Source: Takakia lepidozioides (taxonomy: Eukaryota > Plantae > Bryophyta). From it: a stretch of DNA of 64,000 nt. The stretch lies in the NCBI GenBank assembly GCA_030704615.1, contig CM060731.1, positions 16,430,001-16,494,000 of the forward strand, written 5' to 3'. Below the pieces are notes generated by a model. It ran no database searches. It was not told where the DNA came from and saw only the letters and a program-made list of their open reading frames with translations. The translations under genes were made by a program, and so were the position numbers. This document shows, in pieces, positions 1-13,500 of this stretch; the stretch's first letter is position 1; each line of letters opens with the position of its first letter.

Positions 1-2990
1 ATAGAAATTGCTTTGCCTTCGGTTTGAAGGATTTGGGGAGTTTGAAGGGTCAGGAGATTCGTATTGATTTGACAAGTGACACGCCAATCTTTCGAAGGCC
101 CTACCGGTATAGTGATATGGAGAGGTCATTGATCTAGTCACGGACTATGGAGTTGTTCGAAGCTGGATTGGTGGAGTTGTCAGGGGGGGAGTATGCCTCG
201 GCAACGGTGATGCCAGCTAAGAAGGATATCTATGGCAATTGGACAGAAAGAAGGATGTGTGGGGACTATCGTCCTGTGAACCGTCAGACTAAGTCCGATA
301 GATATGCCATGCCAACTCCAAAGGAAATCTTTGATGCCATTGGGCATGCGAAGGTGTTTAGCACATTGGACTTGCGATCCGGTTACCACCAGTTGCCAAT
401 CAAAGAGGCTGACAAGCAAAAGACGGCATTCTGGGGGATTGACCAACATGGGAAGGATTGCTTGTATCAATGGCGCTTCCTACCGTTTGGGTTGAAGAAT
501 GCTCCTGCAGAGTTTCAGAGGGTTATGGATAGGATTCTCGTGGGGCTAGACTTTGCCCGGTGTTACATTGATGACATCATCGTCTTTAGTGCTACGGTTG
601 AGGAGCATGAGAGACACCTTCAGGTGGTGTTTGAGTACTTGAGAGCGCATGGGTTGAAATTGCACCCTGGGAAGTGCAAGTTCTTCCACAACCAGATTGA
701 GTATCTGGGCCACATGATATACCCTAGAGGATTGGGTATTCAAAAGACGAAGGTGGAGGCCATTGCACGCATTCCACGCCCCATAGATGTTAGCAGAGTT
801 CGTGCTTTCATGGGGTTGGCAAACTATTATCAACGGTTTGTTAAGGGATTTAGCATCATTGCAAAGGCTCTTACTAAGTTGACCAAGGTGGGTCAGGAGT
901 GGCAGTGGGGAGGGGAGCAGAAGGAAGCCTTTGAGGAACTCAAGGCTCGATTGACTTCTGCACCTATTCTGAGGCGGCCTATTCGGGGGTGGCATTTCCA
1001 GCTACATACGGATTGGAGTATGTTGGGGATTGGAGCAGTGCTCACACAGATGGTGATGAGGGAGAGAGTTCGTAGTGGCATATGCTAGCCGCTCAATAAT
1101 GATGTCGAGACAAGTATAGTCCTATGAAGGGGGTGTCTAGATGCGGTATGGGCAAGTGGCACATTTCAGATGCTACCTCTATGACATCTCTCACCCTTGT
1201 CACGGATCACCAACCATTGAAGTGGGTGATGGAGTCAGACAAGCTTACAGGGAAGCTTGCACGGTGGGCACTTATGCTTCAAAGAATACGACTTTCAGGT
1301 GGTGCACTCGAGCTCGGTATTGTCAATCAGGATGCCAGATGGATTGAGTCGTAATTGTCATGCCCGAGCGAGCATGATAATACTGGAGCTCGGTTGGGCA
1401 TGGTGAGCGGATGAGGAGATGGTATCAGGATGACATGCATCTGCCTTTTTATGCATCCTAGCAATGGGAGCTCAAGCTGGTCCATCGATGGTGTGCATGA
1501 CGATCCGGAGATCAGTGAGGAGCTTGGTGGTGCTAAGGATGTGCATGAACGATGCAGCAGTGTTGGACTACCTTCGTACTAAGAGACAAAAGCCAGTGTG
1601 ACTGCTACGGAGAGAGATCGGATCCTACAACGAGCCAAGAGGTCAAAGTGGGAGGGGACTCACCTATTCCAAGTATGGGAGGATGGACGACTGAGGATTG
1701 TGCCTCATCCAACACAACGAACGTGATTTGGTACACCATGCCCATGAGGAGTTGGGACATTTTGGGGTGCGGCGCACTCATAGTTTGCTGCAAGGACACT
1801 ACTGGTGGCGGGGCATGCACACGGATGTGCAACAGTTAGTGGCAAGGTGCATGGTGTGTGATAGAGTGCGAGCTTCTTTCAATGCACCTACTCCACAATT
1901 GCATCATTTACCCATTATGGGTTTGGGCTATCGTTGGAGTCTTGACTTCGCAGGCCCATTGCCACTAACGATTCGCCATAACAAATATGTGCTGGTGTTG
2001 GTGGAACATTTCTCCAAGTGGATTGAACTGGTGGCATTGCCTAACAAGGCAAGTGAGAGGGCTGCGTATACATTCTTAGATCGAGTGCTTAGCCAATTTG
2101 GTGCTCTAGCCGAGGTACTCATGGACCAGGGGAGAGAGTTCTTGGGGGAGTTTCAGGCTTTGTGTGAGCAAGCCTTGATAGATCACCGCACTACTTCTCG
2201 GGATCATCTCGAGGCTGATGGCCTGGCAGAGAGGGTTGTACAAACAGTCAAGCAAGGCTTGCGTAAATATGGCTTGCAGAAGGGACACTTAGGAGATTGA
2301 GACCTTCAGCTACCTTGGTTGGCCATGGGCTACAGGTTTAGCAAACAAGCATCACTTGCCTCGTTCTCGCCTTATTTCCTTCTCTTTGGCCGGAAGCCAG
2401 ATTTGCCTGCATCTATTCGCAGGGAGACTGCAATAGTTTTCAACCTTGATGATCCGGATGTGTGGACACAAGCATGTGCCCAGCGGGCAGAGTTGTTCAA
2501 GAGAGTTATGCCTATGGCTTTTGAGAACCTTGCTATTGCCCAACACCAAGACACATTGAGGTACGGCACACTACGTGGACGGGGATATCGGCCAGGTGTT
2601 CGGCGTTTCCACCCTGGGGACTATGTGTATCTGCAGCAGACAGCGCCTATGACTTTGGATGTCACAGCAGGACGTGTGATTCTAAGGGTCCGAGAGGTGT
2701 TGCCTTCAGGAATGTTGATTCTGGAGGGTCGAGATGGCATGATAGAGAAGGACCATGTGTGCAATTGTGCGCCATGTTACCTTCCACATGTGGATGGGAG
2801 GATAGATCCCAACCTTGCAGTGGTACCTGCAGGGTTGCGTTGCATGCTAATGTGGTCATGCTGGTGGTGCCGCGACCATGTTGGTGTGTGACAAATGATC
2901 AAGGAGGTGGCACATGGGATGCTTGACACCGCACTTGAGGAAGTTCCTAGTGGAGAATGGTTGTGTCTACGATGCCTTGGACATAGGTAG
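1..2990 (+). pseudogene. Gypsy pol (RT 147-1088, RNase H ~990-1350, integrase 1698-2300, C-terminal PHD finger ~2835-2990), broken by stops and frameshifts
   Basis: ORFs 147..1088, 1698..2300 and 2319..2891; in-frame TAG near 135 and TGA at 2298; several 1-bp indels between 1050 and 1700. Confidence 0.9.
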
Positions 2991-3244
2991 TGGGCATGAC
3001 AATGGTGGAATTGACAAGTGATCCAAGGTCTAGCTGATGGGAGCTCAACGCCATGGATACTTAATTGAAGATCATGGATTGTAGGAAGGCGAGTAACGAT
3101 GGGGCTACTTTTGCACCCGGCCTCTTGATCTATTGACTTTAGATACTGGGACATGTGCGATTGACCAAACGATGATTTTATTGAGATGGATACTTGTCAG
3201 CTATCCGGTGTTAGAGGGACCTAATCACCAGCTAGGGGGGCGAT

Positions 3245-3786
3245 TGTGGCATAGCTTTATAGGATTGTGTGCTTAGAATGTATGGTGGACAGCGATGTAT
3301 GTTGTGGCACGATGCTTAGGTGCACGACAACTGTCATGGTTTTAGTCATGGTTAACTAGAATTACCTACTTTTAGTTAACTAGGACATTTTGGATATTTA
3401 TATTAGTATTTTGTGTGTTGGGACTTCATTTGGTCTCACATGCCAAGTGAGGTGTCAAACCTCACTTGGGACATGGGGATGGGTTTTCCCCTTGTGAGTG
3501 TTGAGGAGGGCTCATCTTCTTGTATTTGAGCCTCCATGAGCCTCTCCCACCTCCATAGCTCTAGGTATTGAGAGGGAGTGTGGTGAGGGCTTAGTAGGGT
3601 GGATTCCTTTAGCAAAGGTGCCTTTGGCTTGACTTAGTTTATGTGATTGAGTGGATTCATGAGTGGAGTGTTTCCATTGTGTGTTACACTTCCATTATCA
3701 TTGTGGCATAGCTTTCTAGGATTGTGTGCTTAGAATGTATGGTGGACAGCGATGTATGTTGTGGCACGATGCTTAGGTGCACGACA
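3245..3786 (+). repeat. 3' LTR of Gypsy copy A, containing two 85-bp direct repeats (3245-3329 and 3702-3786)
   Basis: Begins TGTGG just after the PPT and ends CGACA; the same structure recurs at 48666-49261. Confidence 0.85.
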
Positions 3787-3789
3787 ACT

Positions 3790-4640
3790 GTAAGAGATTA
3801 TCTGTGATAGAGATAAAAAATTTGTTAGTTTTTTTTTGAGGTCTTTGTTTTCGATATTGGGTACTAAGCTTAAATTGAGTACTTCTTATCATCCAGAGAC
3901 TGATGCCCAAACTGAAAGGACTAATCAAACCCTAGAATCTATGTTGAGAACATACATTAGGAAACGGCAGAGTTCAATTTTCGATCTTTATCAAAGATGA
4001 TCTCTCGCGGTAATCCATGCAACCTATACATCTCATTCATGAAAAGCTGTGCAATATCAGAAGCGGTGGCTGTCATCTGGTGGGCACAAAATGTGCTTGT
4101 TTTGACAGTCTATCCACCACAACAAAACATGCTATCCATGGTTATGTCGTGTCTTAGGCAAAGCCACAATAAAATCCATGCTTATGGATTCCCCCAATAG
4201 TACTATGAGGCTTGTCATTATAAGCAAACTCTAACATATAGATATACCCTTCCCAAGAACTCTGTCTTTTCCCAGCGTATGTCCTCAACATAGATACTAA
4301 GGTTTGATTAGTCCTTTCAGTTTGGGCATAAGTCTTTGGATGGTAAGAAATACTCAATTTAAGCTTAGTACCCAATATTGAAAACAAAGACGACTTATAA
4401 GTGGATTTCCCTTATTTCCCTAGATAAAAATAGATCTTATCGTAAATTTGAGGTTGGTGATACGGTATTCCTGAAAGTGTCACCACAAATAAATCATTTA
4501 AAGCTGGGAAACTGTTGGAAATTCTCTCATAAATATTGTGGTCCCTTTCCCATTTGGAAAAATACGGATCAGCAGCATACAAATTAGATTTACCTCCTTC
4601 AGGGAAAATACATAATGTTTTCCACGTAAGTCTATTAACC
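3790..4640. mobile_element. Scrambled fragments of a second (Tf2/chromovirus-like) Gypsy integrase, in both orientations
   Basis: + strand LSTSYHPETDAQTERTNQTLE (~3870-3945); - strand VVVDRLSKQAHF...YRLHGLPREII (~3980-4125) and ORF 4154..4387; + strand KFEVGDTVFL...YCGPF...IHNVFHVSLL (4440-4640). Confidence 0.8.
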
Positions 4641-5987
4641 CTTAAGCGACCAGCTAAGTTTTGGTGGGCCACCGCCAAAATGGTACACACCAGTGTTGTA
4701 CTGGTATGTCCATTTTGACATACCAGACTGATACTGGTAGGTCCAACTTGGCTCTTGGGTCCAACTGGTACTGCCCGGGGTAGATTAGGACTGGCCACCA
4801 TCTGACGGCCACTCGTCAACCCATTTCCACTGTGCCAACGTAAAACCACCTCAATGTGGTATGATTTTCCAGGTCATATGGTCCCGAAGGGGAGGGTAAT
4901 ATGGTAGGACGTGAAAGAAACATGTGTGGTGGTTTTGAGATGATGAACCCTGGGATTTTCACAAATGCCCGGGCTTTCTTGGCTGTAGTTGTGTTTGTTG
5001 GATCAACATGCTCTAAAATTGATACGGAGAAGAAGGTATGCCATTGTGGGCGAGTAAGCAACATTCCTGTCCAACCCACTGGATACTAAGCACAATTACC
5101 TAGCCCCTGATCATCAATAAATCATAGATCTTAGCAAAAAAATTCTTTTCTTCCCCAAAACTCGGCCAAGAATGAAAGATGGAAGGAAATTTCTAACATC
5201 CACACATTTTGAGAGATTTTGAGACATTATATGGACAATCCGCACCTTTTGAATCTGGCACTATGGTGGCACATATAAGCAAACACGCCAAATGTACATC
5301 AATAAGGCTTTCTTACAATAGTTTGATCATTGGACTCAGTCCTAAGGGAGATTCCTCTTCATTGGAGGGTCGAGAAAGAGTACACCAATATTGAGCCACA
5401 GAATGGATACCTCACACTTTTGTCATCAGAATGTGATGTCAAACATCTGACAATAACACCACTCTCTCACAAGCTCACAAACCCAAGTAGGAGAGATTGA
5501 AAAAAAACGTTCATTGAAAAGAGAAAGAAAAATTCAGCATCTATAGGATATCAATGCATGTCTATGAGAACAATCCATACATCTGTATGATGCATCACAA
5601 CAGTCCGTATAATCAGCCCAGTGTAGGATGAAACCCCCGGAGCCTGATTAAGATGGTTGGCATTGCCATACTGCATGCACTCAGTTGCTAATGATTTAGT
5701 ATTACATATGCATCTCTAAACATTGTTATGTTTCAGTGTCCTGCTGAGAAAGCCTGTATCATGACCATACCTGATGTTCCCTCAAGATTGCCTGCCAGAC
5801 GCAGTCTTGGTATTTCCTGTTCACTGGCTCTCACACAACATTGCTGGCATGTTGACTCAGATTATAACACACTATCCAGCAGACTCTTTACATACTTCAA
5901 GTTGAGAGCAACCCTTCAGATGAGACCATTCAATTGAGACGCCTAATACTAGAATATGATAGTTCAAGGTTGTTGATGAGAGTCAAT

Positions 5988-6248
5988 TTAGCCATTGTGA
6001 GCCAACATCTTCTCACACCTTGTTTGCAAGTCACCTTCAACCATCATAGCCACCAATTGCTTGAATGTATAAACTTTTGGTCTCCACCTAAGAATGTACT
6101 CGGCCTCTAAGTTAGCTAAGTCTCTGAGATTTGTCAACCTCTGCAGGCCGGAAGTACATGCCAAAAAGAAGAAAAAGTTGCGCTCCTTATGAGTATTGAG
6201 ATATCTCCATACTTCCAGTTTAAAGTAGCCCAAACACCTCCCAAACAC
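5988..6248 (-). pseudogene. GMD: Degenerate fragment of the GDP-mannose 4,6-dehydratase C-terminus
   Basis: Across one frameshift it reads YFRPAEVD-NLRDLA...ILRWRPKVYTFKQLVAMMVEGDLQ...EKMLAHNG*, matching the recalled GMD/MUR1 consensus YFRPAEVDNLxGDxxKAKxxLGWKPxVxFxxLVxMMVxxDL. Confidence 0.6.
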
Positions 6249-7472
6249 AAGTAATGAGAAGATCTGACCTGTGGTTAGAGAGATTTTTCGTTAGCTCCCA
6301 GACAATGGGTAGAGGTAATTTAAATGCACAAAGCCAACCTACCCCGTTTCTGCCACATTTTGAGAAGTAATGGGAAACTCAGTCATGGTGTTGGCTATAG
6401 CTTCAAAGAATTGGGAGGGAACAAGCCAAAGAAGACCAAAAGGTCAACACATGAAAATAGGCTAAACTAGTGCGTGTGATGAGAAAATCTATCCACAACG
6501 TGTATCCAGGTTAATAGAGCTGAATTACTTTTACAAAAGAGATATATCGAAGTCACAACAGGTTTAGGAATGTTCACCATGAGGGAGTCCGTCCTCTCTG
6601 TGAACAAGACCGTCCCGCAACTCTCCATCCAAGCACATGCTCTTGTAGAGCAAAAAGCAATTTGTATCAACAGCGGCGCACCTGAAGCGGATATACATGT
6701 TCCCCCCATGTGGAATGCAGGCTGGTCCTATCACAATATCAGGGCGATCAGGGCAATCATTCAGGGTCTGCATAGAGAATCCTGATGCAGAACGCCTCCG
6801 AGTCCTGATCAGCATCCTCAAACCAACGGATCGTAAACGGCTCAACCTGTCCATGTGCAGCTCTCTCACTATAGAGAATAACAATTGGTACTATAAAGAC
6901 TAATATAGAATCTCCTTCTCATCAACGTCCATTTCATCTCGGTGACATTTTGGTTCTTTAAGAACGTGTTCCGACGAACGAACTAATTCAGAGACAGAAA
7001 TGGCTCTACAACCGGATTCTCACCAGACCAATCAATAGGCGTTGATGGTCGGTTGCCTCATTCCGTGCCACTTGATCCTCCGATTGCCTCATTACTATCG
7101 CCACGAATACCAACCTCTCCACTTGATTATATTCTACACTCCCCCTCATACACACCCCCTCATTGTCATAGTGATAACGCATGAAAGCTTGCGGAGAGTG
7201 ATGTCTTGTGGTTCTCATTGCAACTTCTTCATCTTTATATGTTTACAAGGGGTACTCGCCCAGTCTTGTTGGAGTAATTTCCATGAGAAAGATGTGGAAC
7301 AACTACAACCATTTACTTCATGCCCAAGTACAATGGTCCTCTCTCCATAGGAACAATGAGGACCACCAAGTACAGTGGTCCTCTCTCCATAGTGTGTAAT
7401 GTTAGAGAGCGACTATGAGTACCACCAAGGATGCATACATATGGACATTTGGCCACAGGTGTGATCTAGGGT

Positions 7473-7480
7473 TAGGGTTT
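7473..7480 (-). promoter_or_regulatory. Telo-box (AAACCCTA) about 95 bp upstream of the POP1 start codon
   Basis: tagggttagggttt at 7467-7480. Telo-boxes are typical of plant ribosome-biogenesis gene promoters, but the motif is short and could occur by chance. Confidence 0.4.
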
Positions 7481-7575
7481 AAAGTATCCCGCAGTCGAGA
7501 GTGATGCAGGGGATGCAACAGAGTGTTGGAGAGATGGAGGGCTTGTGTACAGTAAGCTTAGGTTGAGGGATTGTA

Positions 7576-10500
7576 ATGGCAGGCATGGATGGCAGTGGAG
7601 GGAGCCGTCATTGTGGAGCTCCGCGGACACTTGATGTGCAGGAGTACGCAAATGCTCGCGGCCCCGAATTGAGAGCGCTCGTTTCGGTGCTTAAGAGTGA
7701 CGGCGGGGGAGGCAGTGGAAGCACGCAGGCACTTACAATCCCTCGTCATCTGCGTAGGCGAACGACAAGTCACAACCGCCGGCGGTCTTTCTACTGGCAC
7801 AAGAAAGATAAAAGGAAGGCGGAGACGCTTGATGCGGCTGGCCTCCAAGAATCTTTTCAAAGCAAGAAACATAAGGCCGGTCCTGCTGACGGAAATTCAT
7901 TGGATGTCGGCTCAGCTCACCAGGGGCCTGCATCACCAACAAGACGGGATGTGGCAGGGAAGACTCCGTGTAGGCTTGTTCGAAGGAAAATTGAGCTGAA
8001 GGGAGGGAGTGACGGCGGGGGTGGTTGCTCTAGCGATGGAACCCAACGTCTGGGGACTCATGTTTGGCATGCAAAGCGTTTTACCATGACCAAGATCTGG
8101 GATTACTGGCTAGCTGAGGGCCTTCCTGGCAGGTGATTTCCAGTTATTGCTTGTCCACATTGCGGAAGAGAGAGAGGGAGATCCAAATTGGTATGGATCC
8201 ATAATCCAATATCTATCCAAATCCAAATCCAAATCCAATACGTATGTAATTAGTGAGAAGTTGAAGGCCTTCGATCTGGGGCGTCTGAATTATTGTCAGA
8301 TTATGTGGCAAAGAATATGGTGTCTTAGCATAGCCCTCCGGCTTTATATTTCAGGATGTAGGCCTTAGGCTGGTAGTACATTGGATTTCTTAGTGTTATG
8401 TGTAAGTGATGAGAGCTGGGACGCAATAGCAGGGGACGAGGTTCCAGAGCAGTGTTGCGGTGGGTTAGAGATGCAGTCGTGCTACATGATACCTGCTTCT
8501 ACTCTCCAATTGAGCTGCAAGGACCTTCTGTAAGTTCGACCTTGTTTCATGACATTTTTCTTAGGGGTTTAGGGTTTTAGGAGGGGGCAGAGATATCTCT
8601 TGGGTCGTTTGTGATAGGGCAACGGGATCATTTTCTAGGCCTGGATGTGTTTTATGGAGGAGGAAAACGTTGGGAGCTACTTCTTTCAAATTAGAATGAA
8701 ATGGTATAGAAGTGTTTGTCCTTCAAATTAAGTTTTTGCAATGTGATCGACCTCGTGAACCTGTTTGAAGAGACTAAGGTTGTTCGCCTTCAAGTCAGTG
8801 CACACATTTAAGAACAACTTCTGCTTGGACGGGGGTTTGTTTATTTCCAGGAAGCCATACTCAAGGTTCTCCAACTTGTATTGGAGCCACCGCCTCCTGA
8901 TGTGAGTGAAATGCCCGATGTTGCCAAGGCAGAATACCAGGGTGTACGGTACAGCAGTGCTGTGGTGAGTGTCCTTCCTTCCACTCAAAAGTCCAATATG
9001 AAGTGGATGACAAGATTTAGTCAGTCCTTGCAAAGGGGCACACTAGCTCCTCCACTGGCTGGGAGGGAGGTCAAGAAATGCTTACTACCCGGCCTCTTTT
9101 ACATTCTGATCACCTTGCTTAAATTGAGGGTATCAGAGCAGCTGTACTCATTTGTTGATTGCAGCTGCATAGGAATGGTAGGGCCCCACATGATGCCATT
9201 GCACCAGTCACTGTTATGTGGCGTCCCGCTACTGAGAGGCAGCAACAGGCACACGCGGAAGCACCAAAGGAGTGCCAACTGTGGGTGTGGGTGCATGCTG
9301 CAGCGTTGACTGATGCCTTAACTTGTCTCCAGGCTGCCTGCCAAAGACAGGTATGCCATTATTAGGTTAGCAGCTTATTTCAATTTGCCATCTAGTTTTT
9401 TCTTTAAAGAACAATCAGTGAGCGCGGTTTTGCTCCTGTACCAGGATTCCACCTGTACAAGCTCACGCGCTTGCTTGTTACGCATGCCATCACATTTGCT
9501 ACTCGATGAGGAACAATGTACAGACAATCTGATCCTACGTCTCTTCTGTTGAATTTTCAACTGTTTGTTTCAGGGGGCTGATAGCAAGAACAGGGTAGTG
9601 CAGTGTCGGTCAAGAAAAGGAGAAGTGGGACGCTTGGATCTGTTAGGTAGAGATGCTCTTGCAGTCCTGCGCAAGGTGTTGCATCCCATATCTAGGTCTG
9701 TATGTTTCCGGCTCAGCCTGCCTTGGAAGTGCACATTTGGGTCCTGCAATCAGTCTATTCTCAAGGCAGTGTTTTTGCTTTGGTTTGTCTTTCCTGCTTG
9801 AAGAATTTTGTGAAATACAATTGGTGGTGCTCAAATTCATGAGGTCAGATCAACATTCAGAGTGATTCTACTTCTATTTATTATGAAATGTCTCATTGTA
9901 TGCAGTGACCTTGCTGGTAGTCAGGCTCCACAACAATGTGGCATTGAAGACACCAGTACCAGCAACTCGACTCCTCTGTCTTCTGTGTCAAGGGTGCTGG
10001 AAAGCGCCGATGCCGTACCAGGTGCAGCAGTGTTGGCCATGGAGGTGGGGGATCCCAGGGACCCCCCACACAAAAAGAGGAAGTTCAAACCTGCACCTCT
10101 TGAAGCTATGGGCCCCATGTCAGAAACCATACCTGTGGATATACGTAGTGTTGGAGAAGAGACAGAAGAATCAGCAGCGGAGTTGGCACACAGAAGCGAT
10201 GCTCTTCAATGTGAAGTAGGTGTCTTCCACAAATGTGCATGTTGGTAGTAGCTTGGTCACATTCCACCCACCTGCAGGGTCCTCGACTGGAGTGCTGTTT
10301 TTGCAGAAATGCTAGTTATTTAGTCTCCCTCAACTTCGGTCTGGTAGTTTAGGGTTATACCCTTTCTGTTGAATTTTATCATCGTGCTCAACAGCTGGAA
10401 CCTCAACAGCTGGAACCTAAGTATGGGATGACCTGCAGGGGAAATCAGTGGAAGGAGACATGCAAAGGTGGTTGGAAGGGCACATGTCAGACAGCCCTCG

Positions 10501-13500
10501 TTTGTGGGCACCTCTGATAGCCCCCTCAGTAAGCACCCCTCTAAGCGAGAAGGCTTTAAGCACCAGGCGACACAATGAACGCATGGCCTACTTCAATTTC
10601 AATGATGCATCTAGCACTCCCAAACAGGAGGTGGACTCTGGGCTTGGAAGTGAGGACTGTCCAGTGTTGCTTTTGAAGCACGAGCATCAGGCACTGTCTG
10701 CTTGTGGGTGAGTGACGTTTGCAAGAGTTTGTGCCTGGTATGTCTAATGTAGTGAGTAACCAAGTTTGCTACTGAATGGTCTCATAGACTTCTCTGAACC
10801 TGGTGCGTTGATGGTTATCTTGCGCCTTATGGGTGGAGTCTGTTGTGCATACGAAGCCCAGTAACCTTGCTCATGTAGTAGGCATGCTGCACTGTGAAGC
10901 TTTTTGATGATGAAGATACCACTGCTAGATCTTTAGGGTCTGATGGTGTGGATGGGGATGGATTGCAGATGGTCCTTGATTATGCCGATGGCGTGGGTGC
11001 GTGCATTTTGGACTCCTCTGGTGTTCGCAGGGGGTCATGTGATCGGATTACGAGAGCGACACTGGTTGTCTACTGATGTACCACGGTCCTTCCCTTCATG
11101 TGGCCAATTGAAGATCTTCATGTTCTTTATTTGTGTTGAGAATATTGTCTGCAACAAGGCTTCGTAGTTAAAGTAAGCCTTGCTGGGTCCTGTCGAAAAG
11201 AGAAACTGGCCCCTACTGTTATGCCTGCAAGGATAGGTGGTCCTGTATACCTCGAACTGAGACCATTGCCAATCCCAAGGCCTGATTCCCTAATCAATCT
11301 TCTCAATGCAAGATGCAGGATCACAAGGCTGGCCATGTTGTCACTGAGGGTCTAATAAGCGCCATGGTTATCCATCTTAGGCCAACCTGGGGAGAGAGAG
11401 AGAATCCGTGTCTGACATAGGTGTCTGATGCAGGCAGGGTTGCCATCATTCCCCCATGATTTTCCCGACTGTGTTGCATACAGCAAACTTATGGCAAGGC
11501 AGGCTGCATTGTTTCAAGAAGCAAATATGCGCCGACCTCCTTCCAAAAGATGCTCATCCTCTTCCAATCCTCTTCTATGGAATAATGCATCCCAACATTC
11601 AGGTGAAGCACATGGTGAAATCCTTACTGGTCTTCGGGTGACATTGCCCTTAGGAGAGGTTGTCAGTGATGCTGTCACCCAGACTCCTCTTACAGCTCTG
11701 GGTGATTGTAGCCAAACCAGCAGTGAGTCCCTTGTCCCTACAAATGCAAGAGCTGTGGAGACTGACACTCACAGAGTGGAGGATGCAATAACTGGAACCA
11801 GAGATTCCGGTGCATCACTTGCAGTGATTGGGGCTATGGCAGCTAGCCTGGACAGGGGTGTGGTTGATGCAGCTCATACTCCCCTGCTCCTTGGTACAAA
11901 GAGTGAAGAAGCTGCTGCTAGCCCTGAGTCTCAGGAGATTGGTATACAAACAGGATCAATCATTAGGAGAGCCGCTGTCAGTGCTGATACCAGGGGCACT
12001 GTTGACATTCCTGTTGATTCTTTCGCAAGGAAGGAATGTAATGGCAGTAAGACGTCAATATCCAAATCTGTAAGTCACATACACCATGCCCTTACTACTG
12101 GCTATACAGTTTTCAAATTTTCAGCTTTTCTGAAGTTCAACAATCCCCTTTGAGATAGGTCCATCCTCCAGCGGACAATAATGTGAGTTGCCTTCCAGAC
12201 TGGGCTTGCAGATTCAGAGTGTGCAGTAGCGTCAGTCGTGAATGGTGGGGGGCACAGCATATTGGACTTCGTGGCACGAACAGGCACGACATTGACAAGG
12301 GTCTTAACAGACAGCGGCCTCCTGCATTTGCCTATTTTCGCAGAGGGAGGAGGAGCTACAGGTGTGTGTACAGTGGGCAATGCAAGGCTCACGTGGCACC
12401 CTGCTGCAGACATGGCTGCAGAGGCTCTAGTGAAATGTTGCTCAGTAAGGATTCTGATTCGAGCTCCACGCAGAGGGGCCTTCAATGAGGGGGCCATCAT
12501 TTACATGTCCACACGCAACGACCTGGATGATTATCTTTCGCAGTACGTGAATAACCATGCACCCTAGATGTGATTGAATATCTATAGGAGTATCCGGACC
12601 TTACTTGAAGTTCAAGCAAGGGGTAACAAGCACCAGTAGACTGATGGAGGCCTGTCTCTGATGATGACTGCACTGTGCTTCTGTCCTTCTCAAAGGTTGG
12701 GTTATCTTATTTTGGCAGGCAAGTCATGTGCAGTACTTGAGATTCCATTCAGATGTGTGGACTGCATGCAAACTCCCCTCTTGGCTTCTGCAGTACATTC
12801 CATACACTGACGACATTAGGTGTACTGATGGTGTCTGGAGTGCGTGTATCACAACAGTTTAACCATTGTCAAGCCCAAGACTGCCACTGTATCTGAATCA
12901 TACAATGGCTGCAAACAGCTTACCTCACTGATGAAGAAGTCAGTAACACTTCCAAGTTATGTGGGCCGGAATGAAATTGTGTCATTCCAATCGTCAAAAT
13001 TTGGGTCTCTCCATTGGCAGGCCTCGCACTTTGGTTGCTCTAGCTTTCTTGGGGGTTGTTAATGTTGAGAGTTCGGTGCAGTGTAGGGCAGCCCGCTTCA
13101 TTGGTATGCTTGGTCTGCTTGCTGGGTTCTAGTTCCTCTCTGGGAAGTGGCCTCCGGTATGTCAATGTGTATTCTACGTAACTTCGCATGTCACAGTGCA
13201 GATCACAGCGTTGGCAAGGGTTTGATGTGCCTTCAAGGTTAGGACGGCCAGAATATTCTCCAAAAAAAACGAAGAGTAAAATTAGGAGAAATCGTGGGGC
13301 CTCATTGACATTATCGAACGAGGCACATGTACGTGCTGAACAACCTGGAAATGCCATCAAACCATCCCAAGCAGATGATGGCAACGTGCACCACCAGACT
13401 TGCCATGCACGCACACCCATTGGGTTTGTGACCTCCCCAGTTCCACGAGGAAGGTATTAAACTTTTACTGACCATTCAGAATGCTACGTGTGTCAGTTAG

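Larger units (their letters stand above)
1..3786 (+). mobile_element. Ty3/Gypsy LTR retrotransposon, copy A (3' half; RT-RNaseH-integrase-PHD-PPT-LTR), same family as the DNMT-bearing copy B at 40.4-49.3 kb
   Basis: RT motifs (MCGDYRPVN, LDLRSGYHQ, FLPFGLKNAP, CYIDD), RNase H (FQLHTDWS), integrase HHCC finger and DDE core, PPT ctagggggg at 3232-3240 followed by a TG...CA LTR. Near-identical nucleotide blocks recur at 45389-49261. Confidence 0.95.

Noticed and set aside
6467-7399. Cluster of short overlapping ORFs upstream of POP1
   Set aside because: No assignable domain; possibly old TE debris, but I cannot support that.
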